Shown here piece by piece: positions 19,825 to 28,667 of a stretch of 64,000 nt of DNA. The stretch is from a bacterium (GTDB lineage: Bacteria; Patescibacteriota; Minisyncoccia; 2-02-FULL-40-12; IGHO2-12-FULL-4), in NCBI GenBank assembly GCA_030647955.1, contig JAUSIQ010000038.1:421-64420 (forward strand). Reading direction: 5' to 3'. Position numbers and translations under genes: made by a program. Position 1 is the first letter of the stretch; each line of letters opens with the position of its first letter. The notes under the pieces were generated by a model. It made no database searches and had not been told where the DNA came from. It was given only the letters and a program-made list of their open reading frames with translations.

Positions 19825-20235
19825 ATGAGTAGGTCTCGAGAAGAACTAATTAAAGATTTTCATCAAGCTTTTGGTTTGAGTATCGACGAAGAGCCGACGG
19901 TGAGGCTTTTGGAATTGCGGCGCACTTTAATTGGAGAAGAGGTCAAAGAATTGTTCGCGGACATGGATAGCGCTATTGCGCATCTCAAAGAAGGCAAAGC
20001 CGTTCCCCAAGCGCTGTACTCTAACATGCTCAAAGAGTTGGCGGACGTGCAGGTGGTGGTTTCTGGAACTTCGGTAGCTTTAAAGCCACTTAATAAACTT
20101 GATGAAGCGTTAAGTAGAGTGCATCTTTCGAATATGAGTAAACTGGGTGAGGATGGGAAGCCTATTTTTCGCGAAGACGGTAAAGTATTAAAAGGCCCTA
20201 AATATTTTTCTCCGGACTTAGCGGATTTAATTTAA
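19825..20235 (+). CDS. MazG-like all-alpha nucleotide pyrophosphohydrolase family protein (tentative)
   Basis: LIGEEVKELFADMD ... ELADVQVVVSGTSVALK ... SNMSKL pattern, with EExxE and the SxxSK helix typical of MazG/HisE-like NTP-PPases. The -10 TATACT is only about 7 nt before the ATG, so the transcript looks leaderless. Confidence 0.35.
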   Translation: MSRSREELIKDFHQAFGLSIDEEPTVRLLELRRTLIGEEVKELFADMDSAIAHLKEGKAVPQALYSNMLKELADVQVVVSGTSVALKPLNKLDEALSRVHLSNMSKLGEDGKPIFREDGKVLKGPKYFSPDLADLI

Positions 20236-20356
20236 GATTTTTCCATATATCCATGAAATTCCGCAGCAGTCGTGCGGGGTTTTCTGTTTTTTTACCCTTC
20301 TTTACATAATTAGCCGATCGTAATAATCTAAAGATAGCGAAATTAATTTTAATATT

Positions 20357-21058
20357 ATGGATGAACAAAATATCAATAAAAAAGAGCAGTATGATCAGCA
20401 GAAAGGGGTAGAATTGACCGTGTTGAGGCGAAAAAAGATGCGCAGGCGCATTACGTTTTGGTTAGTGGTTTTGGTGGTGTTGATCGGTTCGGTGTGGGGA
20501 TTAGCCAAGGTGGCCAGTCGTATGCCGGAAAATAGTCCGGTTGGTGCCATGGATAAAGTTTCTGGGGACGATTGGGTCAAGGGTAACCCCGCAGCGACGA
20601 ATATCTTGATTGAGTATGGAGATTTTCAGTGTCCGGCCTGCCGGGCTTATTTCCCACTGGTGGAGCAGTTGGTTAAAGAAAAAGGGGATCGGTTACAGTT
20701 TATTTATCGACACTTTCCTTTACCACAGCATAAAAACGCCAAGCCTGCTGCTTATGCTTCGGAAGCGGCGGGGGTGCAGGGAAAATTCTGGGAGATGTAT
20801 CAACTGATTTATGAGGGCCAGAATAATTGGAAAGACGTGAGGGATGCCAAAGATATTTTCGTAGACTATGCCAAAACTCTCGGCCTCAATCTCGATGATT
20901 TCAAAAAAGATCTAGGTTCGGATGTGATAAAGTCTAAAGTAGAGAGCCAGGCTAAGGGCGGGACGCAAGCAGGGCTGAACTCTACGCCCACCTTTATATT
21001 TAACGGTAAGCGTATACAGCCCCAGAATTATGAGGAGTTTTCCAATTTAATTCCCTAG
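20357..21058 (+). CDS. Membrane-anchored DsbA-like thiol:disulfide oxidoreductase
   Basis: N-terminal TM, then the thioredoxin fold with GDFQCPACRAYFPLVEQLVKEKGDRLQFIYRHFPL (CxxC). Confidence 0.7.
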   Translation: MDEQNINKKEQYDQQKGVELTVLRRKKMRRRITFWLVVLVVLIGSVWGLAKVASRMPENSPVGAMDKVSGDDWVKGNPAATNILIEYGDFQCPACRAYFPLVEQLVKEKGDRLQFIYRHFPLPQHKNAKPAAYASEAAGVQGKFWEMYQLIYEGQNNWKDVRDAKDIFVDYAKTLGLNLDDFKKDLGSDVIKSKVESQAKGGTQAGLNSTPTFIFNGKRIQPQNYEEFSNLIP

Positions 21059-21061
21059 GCT

Positions 21062-21505
21062 ATGAGTATTTTTTCTCGCCGAATTATTTGGGCGATGGTT
21101 GCGGTGGCTTTTTTAGGTTTTTTGGATGCTGTCTTTTTGACCATCGAACATTACACCAACAATATTCCGCCCTGTTTTGCGCTGACCGGTTGTGAACAGG
21201 TGACCACCAGTGTCTATGCGACCGTGGCTGGAATCCCCGTGGCTTTGGCGGGGGCGGCTTATTATTTTCTGATTCTTGTTGTGGGACTGCTTTATCTTGA
21301 TCTCCGAAACGCAAAGTTACTGACCGCGATGAGTTACCTTCCCATTGTGGGATTACTGGCCTCAATCTATTTCGTCTCTCTGCAGCTGTTTGTCATTAAG
21401 GCGCTGTGTCTTTATTGTGTTGTTTCGGCCATGACCTCGACCACCCTTTTTATTCTGGGATTAATTGTATTACAATTAAGGAAGAAGGAGGTGTCACATG
21501 AATAA
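21062..21505 (+). CDS. Vitamin K epoxide reductase (VKOR) family protein
   Basis: Four TM helices. Loop Cys pair PPCFALTGCEQ plus the TM CxxC in KALCLYCVVSA. Adjacent to the DsbA-like genes. Confidence 0.65.
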   Translation: MSIFSRRIIWAMVAVAFLGFLDAVFLTIEHYTNNIPPCFALTGCEQVTTSVYATVAGIPVALAGAAYYFLILVVGLLYLDLRNAKLLTAMSYLPIVGLLASIYFVSLQLFVIKALCLYCVVSAMTSTTLFILGLIVLQLRKKEVSHE

Positions 21506-21935
21506 AAAATCCATTCTTTTTATATTTTTGCTTCGCATCGCCCTAGGCTCTCTTTTCCTGTACGCCGGTTTCACCAAAGTCATCAACTCCAATTGGTCTG
21601 CGGCTGGATACTTAAACGGCGCCAAATCCTTTTCCGGACTTTATCACTGGTTTGCCAGTCCCGCCAATATTAGCTGGGTCAATTTTCTAAACGAATGGGG
21701 GTTGACGGCAATTGGTTTTTGTCTAATTTTGGGACTGTTTGTGCGCTGGGCTTCTTTGGGCGGTATTCTTCTGATGGTTCTTTATTATCTCGCTATCTTG
21801 AAATTCCCTTATGTCGGAGACCATTCTTTGTTGGTTGATGAGCACATTATTTATATCTTGGCCCTGGCTTTATTAGGGGTCGCTCGTGCCGGTAATTTCT
21901 GGGGGCTAGATGGTTTAATGAAAAAGGGAAATTAG
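21498..21935 (+). CDS. DoxX family membrane protein
   Basis: LLRIALGSLFLYAGFTKV motif. Four TM helices. Confidence 0.6.
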   Translation: MNKKSILFIFLLRIALGSLFLYAGFTKVINSNWSAAGYLNGAKSFSGLYHWFASPANISWVNFLNEWGLTAIGFCLILGLFVRWASLGGILLMVLYYLAILKFPYVGDHSLLVDEHIIYILALALLGVARAGNFWGLDGLMKKGN

Positions 21936-21938
21936 GTT

Positions 21939-22190
21939 ATGCAAAGAAAAGTTTGGTTTAAGGCGAAGAGGTATGGCTGGGGATGGTATCCGGTAACCTG
22001 GCAGGGTTGGCTAATTTTGGTTGTCTATGTGTTTATTCTGATCAATATTTTTAGAGAAATAGATTCGGCTTCGCATTCGGTTAGTGACACTTTGATTAAT
22101 TTTCTTCCCCAAACCGTTATCGTCACGGCCATTCTAATACTGATCTGCTACATGACTGGCGAAAAGCTTCGCTGGCGCTGGGGTAAGTAG
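21939..22190 (+). CDS. Small hypothetical membrane protein (Trp-rich N-terminus)
   Basis: 83 aa, two TM helices, in an operon with DoxX. Confidence 0.35.
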   Translation: MQRKVWFKAKRYGWGWYPVTWQGWLILVVYVFILINIFREIDSASHSVSDTLINFLPQTVIVTAILILICYMTGEKLRWRWGK

Positions 22191-22211
22191 CTAGAGAAAT
22201 CTCCTGCTCCG

Positions 22212-22250
22212 GTTAAGTTAAAAAGCCCGTCCAGGGTTTTTTAACTTAAT
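22212..22250. terminator. Long hairpin, probable bidirectional terminator
   Basis: GTTAAGTTAAAAAGCCC-gtcca-GGGTTTTTTAACTTAAT, a stem of about 17 bp. Confidence 0.5.
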
Positions 22251-22291
22251 AGAAAAATTATCTTTCTAAGTTAAGGTGATTTAAATAAAAT

Positions 22292-22876
22292 ATGAAGGAA
22301 AACAGTTTCGCTCTCTTTAAATACGAGCTAGGCCGGGTCATTGCGCGCAGTCTTAACGCAGAGAAGGTCGACCAGATCTCTCCTGCAGATTGGACGCAGG
22401 GACCCAAGGACGCTCCACACATCCTCATACAGTATGGAGATTTTCAATGTCCAGCCTGTGGTTCTTACTACCCCTTAATAAAAAAACTTTTAAAAGAGCA
22501 TGGTGAAGAGTTCCAGTTTGTCTATCGACACTTTCCTTTACTTATTCATCCTTATGCGAGAGTGGCCGTCCAGGCTGCGGAAGCGGCGGGACATCAGGGA
22601 AGATTTTGGGATATGCACGATCTGCTTTTCGAACACCAGGCCGAGTGGTCAGCCGCTCCCTTACCGGAGGTATTCTTTAATGAATATGCACGATTAATGG
22701 GGCTGAACTTAGAACAATTTAGAAAAGACGAGTCTTCGGATGAGGTTAAAGATAAAGTTGAGCGGGATTATTACGGAGGCTTGCGGGCCGGAGTAGATGG
22801 GACACCCACTTTTTTCCTAAACGGCGAAAAAATTTTACCCCAAAGCTACCAGGAATTTGTTGAATTAGTACATTAA
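22292..22876 (+). CDS. DsbA-like thioredoxin-fold protein (paralog of 20357..21058, no N-terminal TM detected)
   Basis: GDFQCPACGSYYPLIKKLLKEHGEEFQFVYRHFPL. About 50% identical to the upstream paralog across the Trx domain. Confidence 0.65.
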   Translation: MKENSFALFKYELGRVIARSLNAEKVDQISPADWTQGPKDAPHILIQYGDFQCPACGSYYPLIKKLLKEHGEEFQFVYRHFPLLIHPYARVAVQAAEAAGHQGRFWDMHDLLFEHQAEWSAAPLPEVFFNEYARLMGLNLEQFRKDESSDEVKDKVERDYYGGLRAGVDGTPTFFLNGEKILPQSYQEFVELVH

Positions 22877-22917
22877 TCATCCTATCCTCAAGGTTTTTCA
22901 TTATCTTTTTAATTACA

Positions 22918-23640
22918 ATGCCTAATCGCTCTCACAAGAATATTAAGGGACTTTTACGGGCCCTGGCTTTGCCCATTTTTTTTGGCCTGATCATGCTTAC
23001 CGCATATTTACTGTGGAAGCTTTTTGATTTTCCGCCTCCCGATCGCGCCTTGGAAATAGTCAGGGGATATTTCGACCGTTACGGTTATTTGGTGGTGTTT
23101 GTCAGTGCTTTCATCGAAGGCGCTTTAATTTTAGGATTTTATTTCCCGGGCGGGTTTATTATCTCTTTGAGTGTGATCCTAGCCGGGCAAGATATTTTGA
23201 GAATTATCTTACTAATCTTTGTGGTGGCCGCCGCTTTTGTCTCGGGCTACACGGTGGACTATTTTGTCGGGAGGTATGGCTGGCAGAAAGTTTTTGCCAA
23301 GTTGGGGTTTAGCGAAGAGCTGAAGAAATCCAAGAAAAGACTAGAGAGAAAAACTTTTCGCACTATCTTTCTTACTTATTTTGACGTGAACCTTGCTTCG
23401 ATCACGGCCACGGCGGCGGGAATCTTGCACTATCCTTACGCTCGTTTTTTGCTCTATTCGATTCCCGCCGTCCTTTTTTGGAATGCTTTTTGGGCGGTGA
23501 TTATCTATTGGGTCGGTCAGCAATCCCTGGAGTTTATTACGGGAGGTGCTTTGGCAGTGGTAGTGCTGGTAATCTGGGTGATAGTCACTACGGTGCGCTA
23601 CTTCACGCAGAGCCATCACCGAGAAAGCTGGCAAAGCTAA
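22918..23640 (+). CDS. DedA/TVP38 (VTT domain) family membrane protein
   Basis: RYGYLVVFVSAFIEGALILGFYFPGGFIISLSVILAG DedA core. Confidence 0.6.
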   Translation: MPNRSHKNIKGLLRALALPIFFGLIMLTAYLLWKLFDFPPPDRALEIVRGYFDRYGYLVVFVSAFIEGALILGFYFPGGFIISLSVILAGQDILRIILLIFVVAAAFVSGYTVDYFVGRYGWQKVFAKLGFSEELKKSKKRLERKTFRTIFLTYFDVNLASITATAAGILHYPYARFLLYSIPAVLFWNAFWAVIIYWVGQQSLEFITGGALAVVVLVIWVIVTTVRYFTQSHHRESWQS

Positions 23641-23695
23641 TCATTGACGCGCAGCTCATTTTGGATTAAAATACCGAAATCTTCATCTTCTCATT

Positions 23696-24784
23696 ATGGC
23701 TACTAATCAATTAAGACAATATATTACAGAGGCCAGAAAATCCGGCATGTCCAATCAAGATATTATCGAGGCTCTAACCAAGTCTGGTTGGCACGTGCAC
23801 GATATTATCGATATCGTGGTAGATTTTCCTCCGAAAGAAACCGGTGCCGCGGTGATCTCTGTACGCAATGTCTCTAAACATTTTGGAAAAGTAAAAGCGC
23901 TCGACGGCGTTACTTTAGATATTCCGAGTGGACAGGTCATAGCTTTGCTTGGTCCGAACGGAGCAGGGAAGACCACGCTGGTGCGCATTTTGGGTACGCT
24001 CTCTCAGCCGACCGAGGGAACGGTAACGATTGCTGGGCTGGATGTGGTCAAAGATGCTCAAGAACTACGGGCTATCATTGGTTTAACGGGGCAGTATGCG
24101 GCGGTGGACGAAATTTTAAGCGGCCGAGAAAATCTAGATATGGTTGGTCAGTTGTATCACCTTCCCATCGAAGAAGCATGCAAACGTACGATTGAGCTAT
24201 TGAAAGAATTTGATTTGGAAGACGCGGCGGATCGCTCCGTCAAAACCTATTCCGGGGGAATGCGTCGTCGTCTCGATTTAGCGGCGAGCTTAGTGATTCG
24301 CCCGAAGGTTTTGTTTTTAGATGAGCCCACCACCGGACTCGACCCACGCAGTCGTTTGGTGATGTGGAATGTTATTCGGGATTTAGTACAAGGTGGCACG
24401 ACCGTTTTGCTTACTACCCAGTACATGGAAGAAGCGGATCAACTCGCGCACCACATTTTTGTTATTGATCACGGAAAAATTATTGCCCAAGGTACTTCTG
24501 ACGAGCTCAAACGTCAAGTAGGTGGCGATGTTTTAGAATTGCATCTGGCTGAACATAAGCAGGTTTCGCAAGCTGCGGAATTAATTAAATCTTTCGGTAG
24601 CGCCGAGCCACGATTTGATTCCAATACGGGTATTGTTACGATGTCCGTACAAGGTGGGGCCACGGTATTAGTGGATGTGGTTCGTCAATTGGATACGGCC
24701 AATGTTAAAATTTCTGATGTGATTTTGCGCCGACCATCCCTTGACGATGTTTTTATTAAATTAACCGGACACTCCGCTCAATAA
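23696..24784 (+). CDS. ABC transporter ATP-binding protein (ABC-2/DrrA-like) with an N-terminal extension of about 50 aa
   Basis: Walker A GPNGAGKTTL, signature YSGGMRRRLDLAASL, Walker B LFLDEPTTGLD. N-terminus MATNQLRQYITEARKSGMSNQDIIEALTKSGWHVHDIIDIV precedes the ABC domain. Confidence 0.75.
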   Translation: MATNQLRQYITEARKSGMSNQDIIEALTKSGWHVHDIIDIVVDFPPKETGAAVISVRNVSKHFGKVKALDGVTLDIPSGQVIALLGPNGAGKTTLVRILGTLSQPTEGTVTIAGLDVVKDAQELRAIIGLTGQYAAVDEILSGRENLDMVGQLYHLPIEEACKRTIELLKEFDLEDAADRSVKTYSGGMRRRLDLAASLVIRPKVLFLDEPTTGLDPRSRLVMWNVIRDLVQGGTTVLLTTQYMEEADQLAHHIFVIDHGKIIAQGTSDELKRQVGGDVLELHLAEHKQVSQAAELIKSFGSAEPRFDSNTGIVTMSVQGGATVLVDVVRQLDTANVKISDVILRRPSLDDVFIKLTGHSAQ

Positions 24785-24785
24785 T

Positions 24786-25553
24786 ATGGCCAATCTTAAA
24801 ACCACTTTTTCCGATATCGGAGTAATGACGAAGCGCAATCTTTTGCATTATCGTCGTTTGCCGCAATTAATCATTTTCTCTTTTATACAACCGGTAATGT
24901 TTGTTTTGTTATTTGCTTATGTTTTTGGCGGAGCAATCGAGACGTCCAGTGGAAAATATATTAACTTTTTACTGCCCGGAATTTTAGTGCAGACCATTTT
25001 ATTCGGAGCAATGATGACCGGAGTGAGTTTAGCCAACGACATTACTAAGGGCATGATTGATCGGTTTCGTTCTTTGCCTATGGCTCGTTCCGCGGTATTA
25101 GCCGGGCGAACGATTACCGAAATGATTCGTAATATTTTTGTGGTGGTTTTAATGACGGCGGTTGGTTATTTGATCGGTTTTCGGATTGAGCACGGGTGGG
25201 GTAATTTCGGCTTCGCCGTTCTCTTTATCGCGCTGGTGGGCTTCGCCTTCTCTTGGGTTTCAGCCGCGATCGGGTTGTGGGTGAAAAATGTGGAAACGGC
25301 GCAGAGTGCTGGATTCATTTGGGTTTTCCCTTTGGCTTTCGCTAGCTCTATTTTTGTACCGATTGAAACGATGAGCGGAGGGGTGCGCACTTTTGCCGAG
25401 CATAATCCGATCACTTACATGGTGAACACGGTACGGGCTTTGTCTCTGGGAACCCCGGTGGGTAACAATATTTGGTATGCTCTGATTTGGGTTGGAGCGA
25501 TTCTCGCGGTCTTCATTCCTGTCGCTGTGCATATTTATCGTAAAAATACGTAA
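24786..25553 (+). CDS. ABC-2 family transporter permease
   Basis: Six TM helices, directly after the ATPase. Confidence 0.65.
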   Translation: MANLKTTFSDIGVMTKRNLLHYRRLPQLIIFSFIQPVMFVLLFAYVFGGAIETSSGKYINFLLPGILVQTILFGAMMTGVSLANDITKGMIDRFRSLPMARSAVLAGRTITEMIRNIFVVVLMTAVGYLIGFRIEHGWGNFGFAVLFIALVGFAFSWVSAAIGLWVKNVETAQSAGFIWVFPLAFASSIFVPIETMSGGVRTFAEHNPITYMVNTVRALSLGTPVGNNIWYALIWVGAILAVFIPVAVHIYRKNT

Positions 25554-25563
25554 ACCAGAAAAA

Positions 25564-25592
25564 GCGGCGTGTCGTTGACACGCCGCTTTTTT
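25564..25592 (+). terminator. Rho-independent terminator
   Basis: GCGGCGTGTC-gtt-GACACGCCGC perfect 10-bp stem followed by TTTTTT. Confidence 0.65.
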
Positions 25593-25633
25593 ATTTGTAG
25601 AAATAGTATACCTTAACAATTAAGGAGAAGGCA

Positions 25634-26428
25634 GTGATGGTTAAGCCATATATCGGAGTGACGGGGATTACCAAAGCGGAACAGGCCGAGGCACTTTTAT
25701 CTCTAATGCGACCGGGATCAAAAAGAAAGTTAATGATTGGGGTATTGGCTAGCCGGAGAACATTAGCAGGTGGCCGCAGCGATTTTGCTCCGGAGCGCTA
25801 TCCGTGTCTTGAAGATATCACCGATATTTTTCCTTTCCATTCCAATGCTCTCAATTTGGTGCACTATAATACTAAAACAGTGCAGTTTTTCGAGGAGCTG
25901 GCGGAAGTGCACTACTTGGCCGGTCCGTATTTCGACGGTTTCCAGTTGAATATATGCTGGCCCAGTGCGGTAGAGATTAAGCGCTACCATGATTGGGTGG
26001 ATAATGGGAATCGGGCTACGGGGCTGTTCATGCCTTTACCACACAAGACTATCGTTTTGCAGATTGGAGCAAGGGCGCTTCAAGAAATAGAATCTTCTCC
26101 GGCCAAGCTGGTGCAGAGACTCAATGATTATCGTGGTCTAGTCCATTCTGTGCTGATCGACCCTAGCGGTGGACAAGGAAAAATGTTGGATGTTGGCGCC
26201 GCCGGTAATTATTTGCGAGCCATTCGCAATGTTTATCCGGGATTGGCTTTAGGGGTAGCGGGGGGGTTGAGTCCTTCGACCCTGCCGCGAATTAGGCCAT
26301 TGGTAGATGAGTTTTGCGATTTGAGTATCGATGCGGAAGGTCGCTTAAGAGATGAGAATGATAAATTGCATTTAGGAGTAGCGGGTTTGTATGTTAAGGA
26401 TTCTATAAATCTTTTTGCCAATAGTTAA
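25634..26428 (+). CDS. TrpF-like (phosphoribosylanthranilate isomerase fold) TIM-barrel protein
   Basis: IGVTGITKAEQAEAL; VLIDPSGGQGKMLD; LALGVAGGLSPSTLPRI; LSIDAEGRL. These are collinear with the TrpF motifs. Orphan, with no other trp genes in the window. Confidence 0.4.
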   Translation: MMVKPYIGVTGITKAEQAEALLSLMRPGSKRKLMIGVLASRRTLAGGRSDFAPERYPCLEDITDIFPFHSNALNLVHYNTKTVQFFEELAEVHYLAGPYFDGFQLNICWPSAVEIKRYHDWVDNGNRATGLFMPLPHKTIVLQIGARALQEIESSPAKLVQRLNDYRGLVHSVLIDPSGGQGKMLDVGAAGNYLRAIRNVYPGLALGVAGGLSPSTLPRIRPLVDEFCDLSIDAEGRLRDENDKLHLGVAGLYVKDSINLFANS

Positions 26429-26560
26429 GAGAGCTCTGCTCTCTTTTTTGTTTACCCGCCATAATCTTCTGAAGTTTAGGCGGGTTGCCCATTTCATAAT
26501 TTACTCATCAAATGAGCCTATGTTCCTTGCAAATATTTAAATCACGCAGTCTGTATTTTT

Positions 26561-28246
26561 ATGAACTACAACACCTTGGCTGGAATCCGCAAAGCGGTTT
26601 CTTTTATGTTAGTTTTGGCGTTTATGGCCTTACTGGTGCCATCAACCGGATCAGTTTGGGCAGCTAGTCCGAGTATGGTTATTAGTGCTAGCGCGAACAC
26701 GCCTGGCACGGCTTTGAGTATTTCCGGAAGTGGCTTCAGCTCTGGGGAAACGGTGCGGATTACCGGCTTTGGAGCAGATTCGGTGATGGTCACAGCTAAC
26801 GGTGGCGGCAGTTTTAGCGGAGCGAGCTTAACTATTCCGAGCGATACCCCTGAGGGCAGTTATCAAATTCAGGCAGTGGGACAAAGTTCTCGCTTAAGAG
26901 CCGTTGATAATTTTTATGTAGGAAGATTCTATCCGATGCTGGCTCCTTCGGCTTGGTACCTCAAAACTGGCCAATTGTTTACTTTGAATGGCACTGGATT
27001 CATGGCGGGAGAGAAGGTGACGGTCTCGGCAGGTGGAGTGACTAAAGAAGTGACCACCGACGGGGCGGGTAGTTTTACGACCAGCTCTTTTAGCGTACCT
27101 TTCAATGTAGTTTTAAGTGCGGGATTAAATGCTAATGCTTCAGGACAAACTAGTTTGGAGAGCACAGCCATCAATATTTCTTTAGGTGGGCATTTCCCTT
27201 ACGCTTGGGCCTCTAATTACTATGTCACTCCAGGTAGTACGGTAACCTTTGGAGGAGAAGATTTTGCTCCGGGAGAAATTGTGCAGGTTAAAGTAGGATC
27301 GACCGGTTTGGGGACGGTGGTGCCCGGCGCGACTGGAGGATTCAGTGGTTTTTCAGCCACGGTTCCATTTGGTGTTACTTCTCCGGCCGAATTTACTTTT
27401 ACCGGTCAGGACAGTGGCGCTCAAGCCATTGTGCCAATTACGATCGCACCGTTCAGTGGTCAAGTTACCCCCTCTACTTGGTACACCATGCCGGGATCCG
27501 GAGTTTCTTTTAGTGGTCAAGGATTTGTTTCAGGAGAAAGTGTGGGCATTACCTTAAACGGAGAAGCGACCGGTTCGACCACTGTCAATTCCCTGGGGAA
27601 CTTTTCCGTCGGTCCTTTAACCATTCCCTTCGGCTCTGCGATGGCCCATTTTACTTTTATGGGTCAATTGAGCGGGATCTCTCTGTCGATCGATATTTCT
27701 CTCGGCCAATTCTATCCTTACGTCGCCTTGAATAATTACTACAGTGTAGGCGGGACACCCGTCACCGTGACGGGCGGAGGCTTTGGAGCGGGAGAAAATG
27801 TGGCGATTACTTTTGGAGGAGCAAACTTGGGCACAGCTACCGCCGACTCTACGGGTGCCTTAAGTTTTCCTGCCAATGTCCCATTCTCTACGGCGGGAAC
27901 AAAAACCGTTCAAGCCCAAGGAGTTTCTACGGGAGCAGTAGGATTGACGGGCTTTACTCAGGCTCCCGTGTGGTCTTCGATTCAATTGGGCAGTTATGCC
28001 GGTGCTCCTGGCACCGCAGTAACTTTTATTGGTTCCGGATACTTACCCAATGAGCCAATGGAAATTCGCACTGATCGCACCGGTTCCACCGTGGTGCACA
28101 CTTTCACGGCCAACTCTTCGGGAGGTTTTATGAATGCGGGTTATGCTATTCCCGCCACTTTTGTGGAAGGTCCGTTAACCTTCACTATTACCGGAACACA
28201 CAGCCTCAATTCCAACTCGATTATCTATTACGTCACCGGTAACTAA
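26561..28246 (+). CDS. Secreted protein with about six tandem Ig-like/beta-sandwich repeats
   Basis: Signal peptide ending VWAASP. Repeated roughly 90-aa unit G(S/T/Q)GF..GE.V.(I/V)..G......(T/A)(D/N)..G.FS....VPF. Confidence 0.55.
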   Translation: MNYNTLAGIRKAVSFMLVLAFMALLVPSTGSVWAASPSMVISASANTPGTALSISGSGFSSGETVRITGFGADSVMVTANGGGSFSGASLTIPSDTPEGSYQIQAVGQSSRLRAVDNFYVGRFYPMLAPSAWYLKTGQLFTLNGTGFMAGEKVTVSAGGVTKEVTTDGAGSFTTSSFSVPFNVVLSAGLNANASGQTSLESTAINISLGGHFPYAWASNYYVTPGSTVTFGGEDFAPGEIVQVKVGSTGLGTVVPGATGGFSGFSATVPFGVTSPAEFTFTGQDSGAQAIVPITIAPFSGQVTPSTWYTMPGSGVSFSGQGFVSGESVGITLNGEATGSTTVNSLGNFSVGPLTIPFGSAMAHFTFMGQLSGISLSIDISLGQFYPYVALNNYYSVGGTPVTVTGGGFGAGENVAITFGGANLGTATADSTGALSFPANVPFSTAGTKTVQAQGVSTGAVGLTGFTQAPVWSSIQLGSYAGAPGTAVTFIGSGYLPNEPMEIRTDRTGSTVVHTFTANSSGGFMNAGYAIPATFVEGPLTFTITGTHSLNSNSIIYYVTGN

Positions 28247-28265
28247 ATTCAAGTAATAGTCTAAA

Positions 28266-28300
28266 CAAAACTCCCCGCTTAGGCGCGGAGTTTTGTTTAT
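28266..28300 (+). terminator. Rho-independent terminator
   Basis: CAAAACTCC..GGAGTTTTG long hairpin followed by a T-run. Confidence 0.55.
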
Positions 28301-28462
28301 TTTACTGAACGAGGAGCAAAATGGAAGATTCTCATCTTACATTTTGTCCGAGTGAAGTTAAAAGGGTTAATACTTCGATGCTCTGCATCGGGTCAGAAGA
28401 GTATAAAACTCTTCTGACCCCCCGCAGCTTGCTGCGAGGGGTGTTCATGGTAAGATTAAAAA

Positions 28463-28663
28463 ATGGAAGAAATTCTAAAAAAATTACAGGAACAGGAGGA
28501 GAAGTTAAACGCGATTTATAAGTCCACCGAAAAGACTCGCAAATATTTTAAATGGACATTAATTTTAAGTATCGTTTTCTTTATTTTACCTTTGATCGGA
28601 CTATTAATTGTCATTCCACAGTTTCTTAGTACTCTTGGGGGAGGAGCCGACTTATTAAGATAG
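28463..28663 (+). CDS. Small hypothetical membrane protein
   Basis: 66 aa with one TM helix. Precedes msrB. Confidence 0.35.
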   Translation: MEEILKKLQEQEEKLNAIYKSTEKTRKYFKWTLILSIVFFILPLIGLLIVIPQFLSTLGGGADLLR

Positions 28664-28667
28664 TCAT

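Noticed and set aside
28321-28521. 66-aa ORF MEDSHLTFCPSEV...
   Set aside because: Its sequence is dominated by two perfect RNA hairpins (28390-28441) and it overlaps the better-supported 28463..28663 gene in another frame. It is probably not coding.
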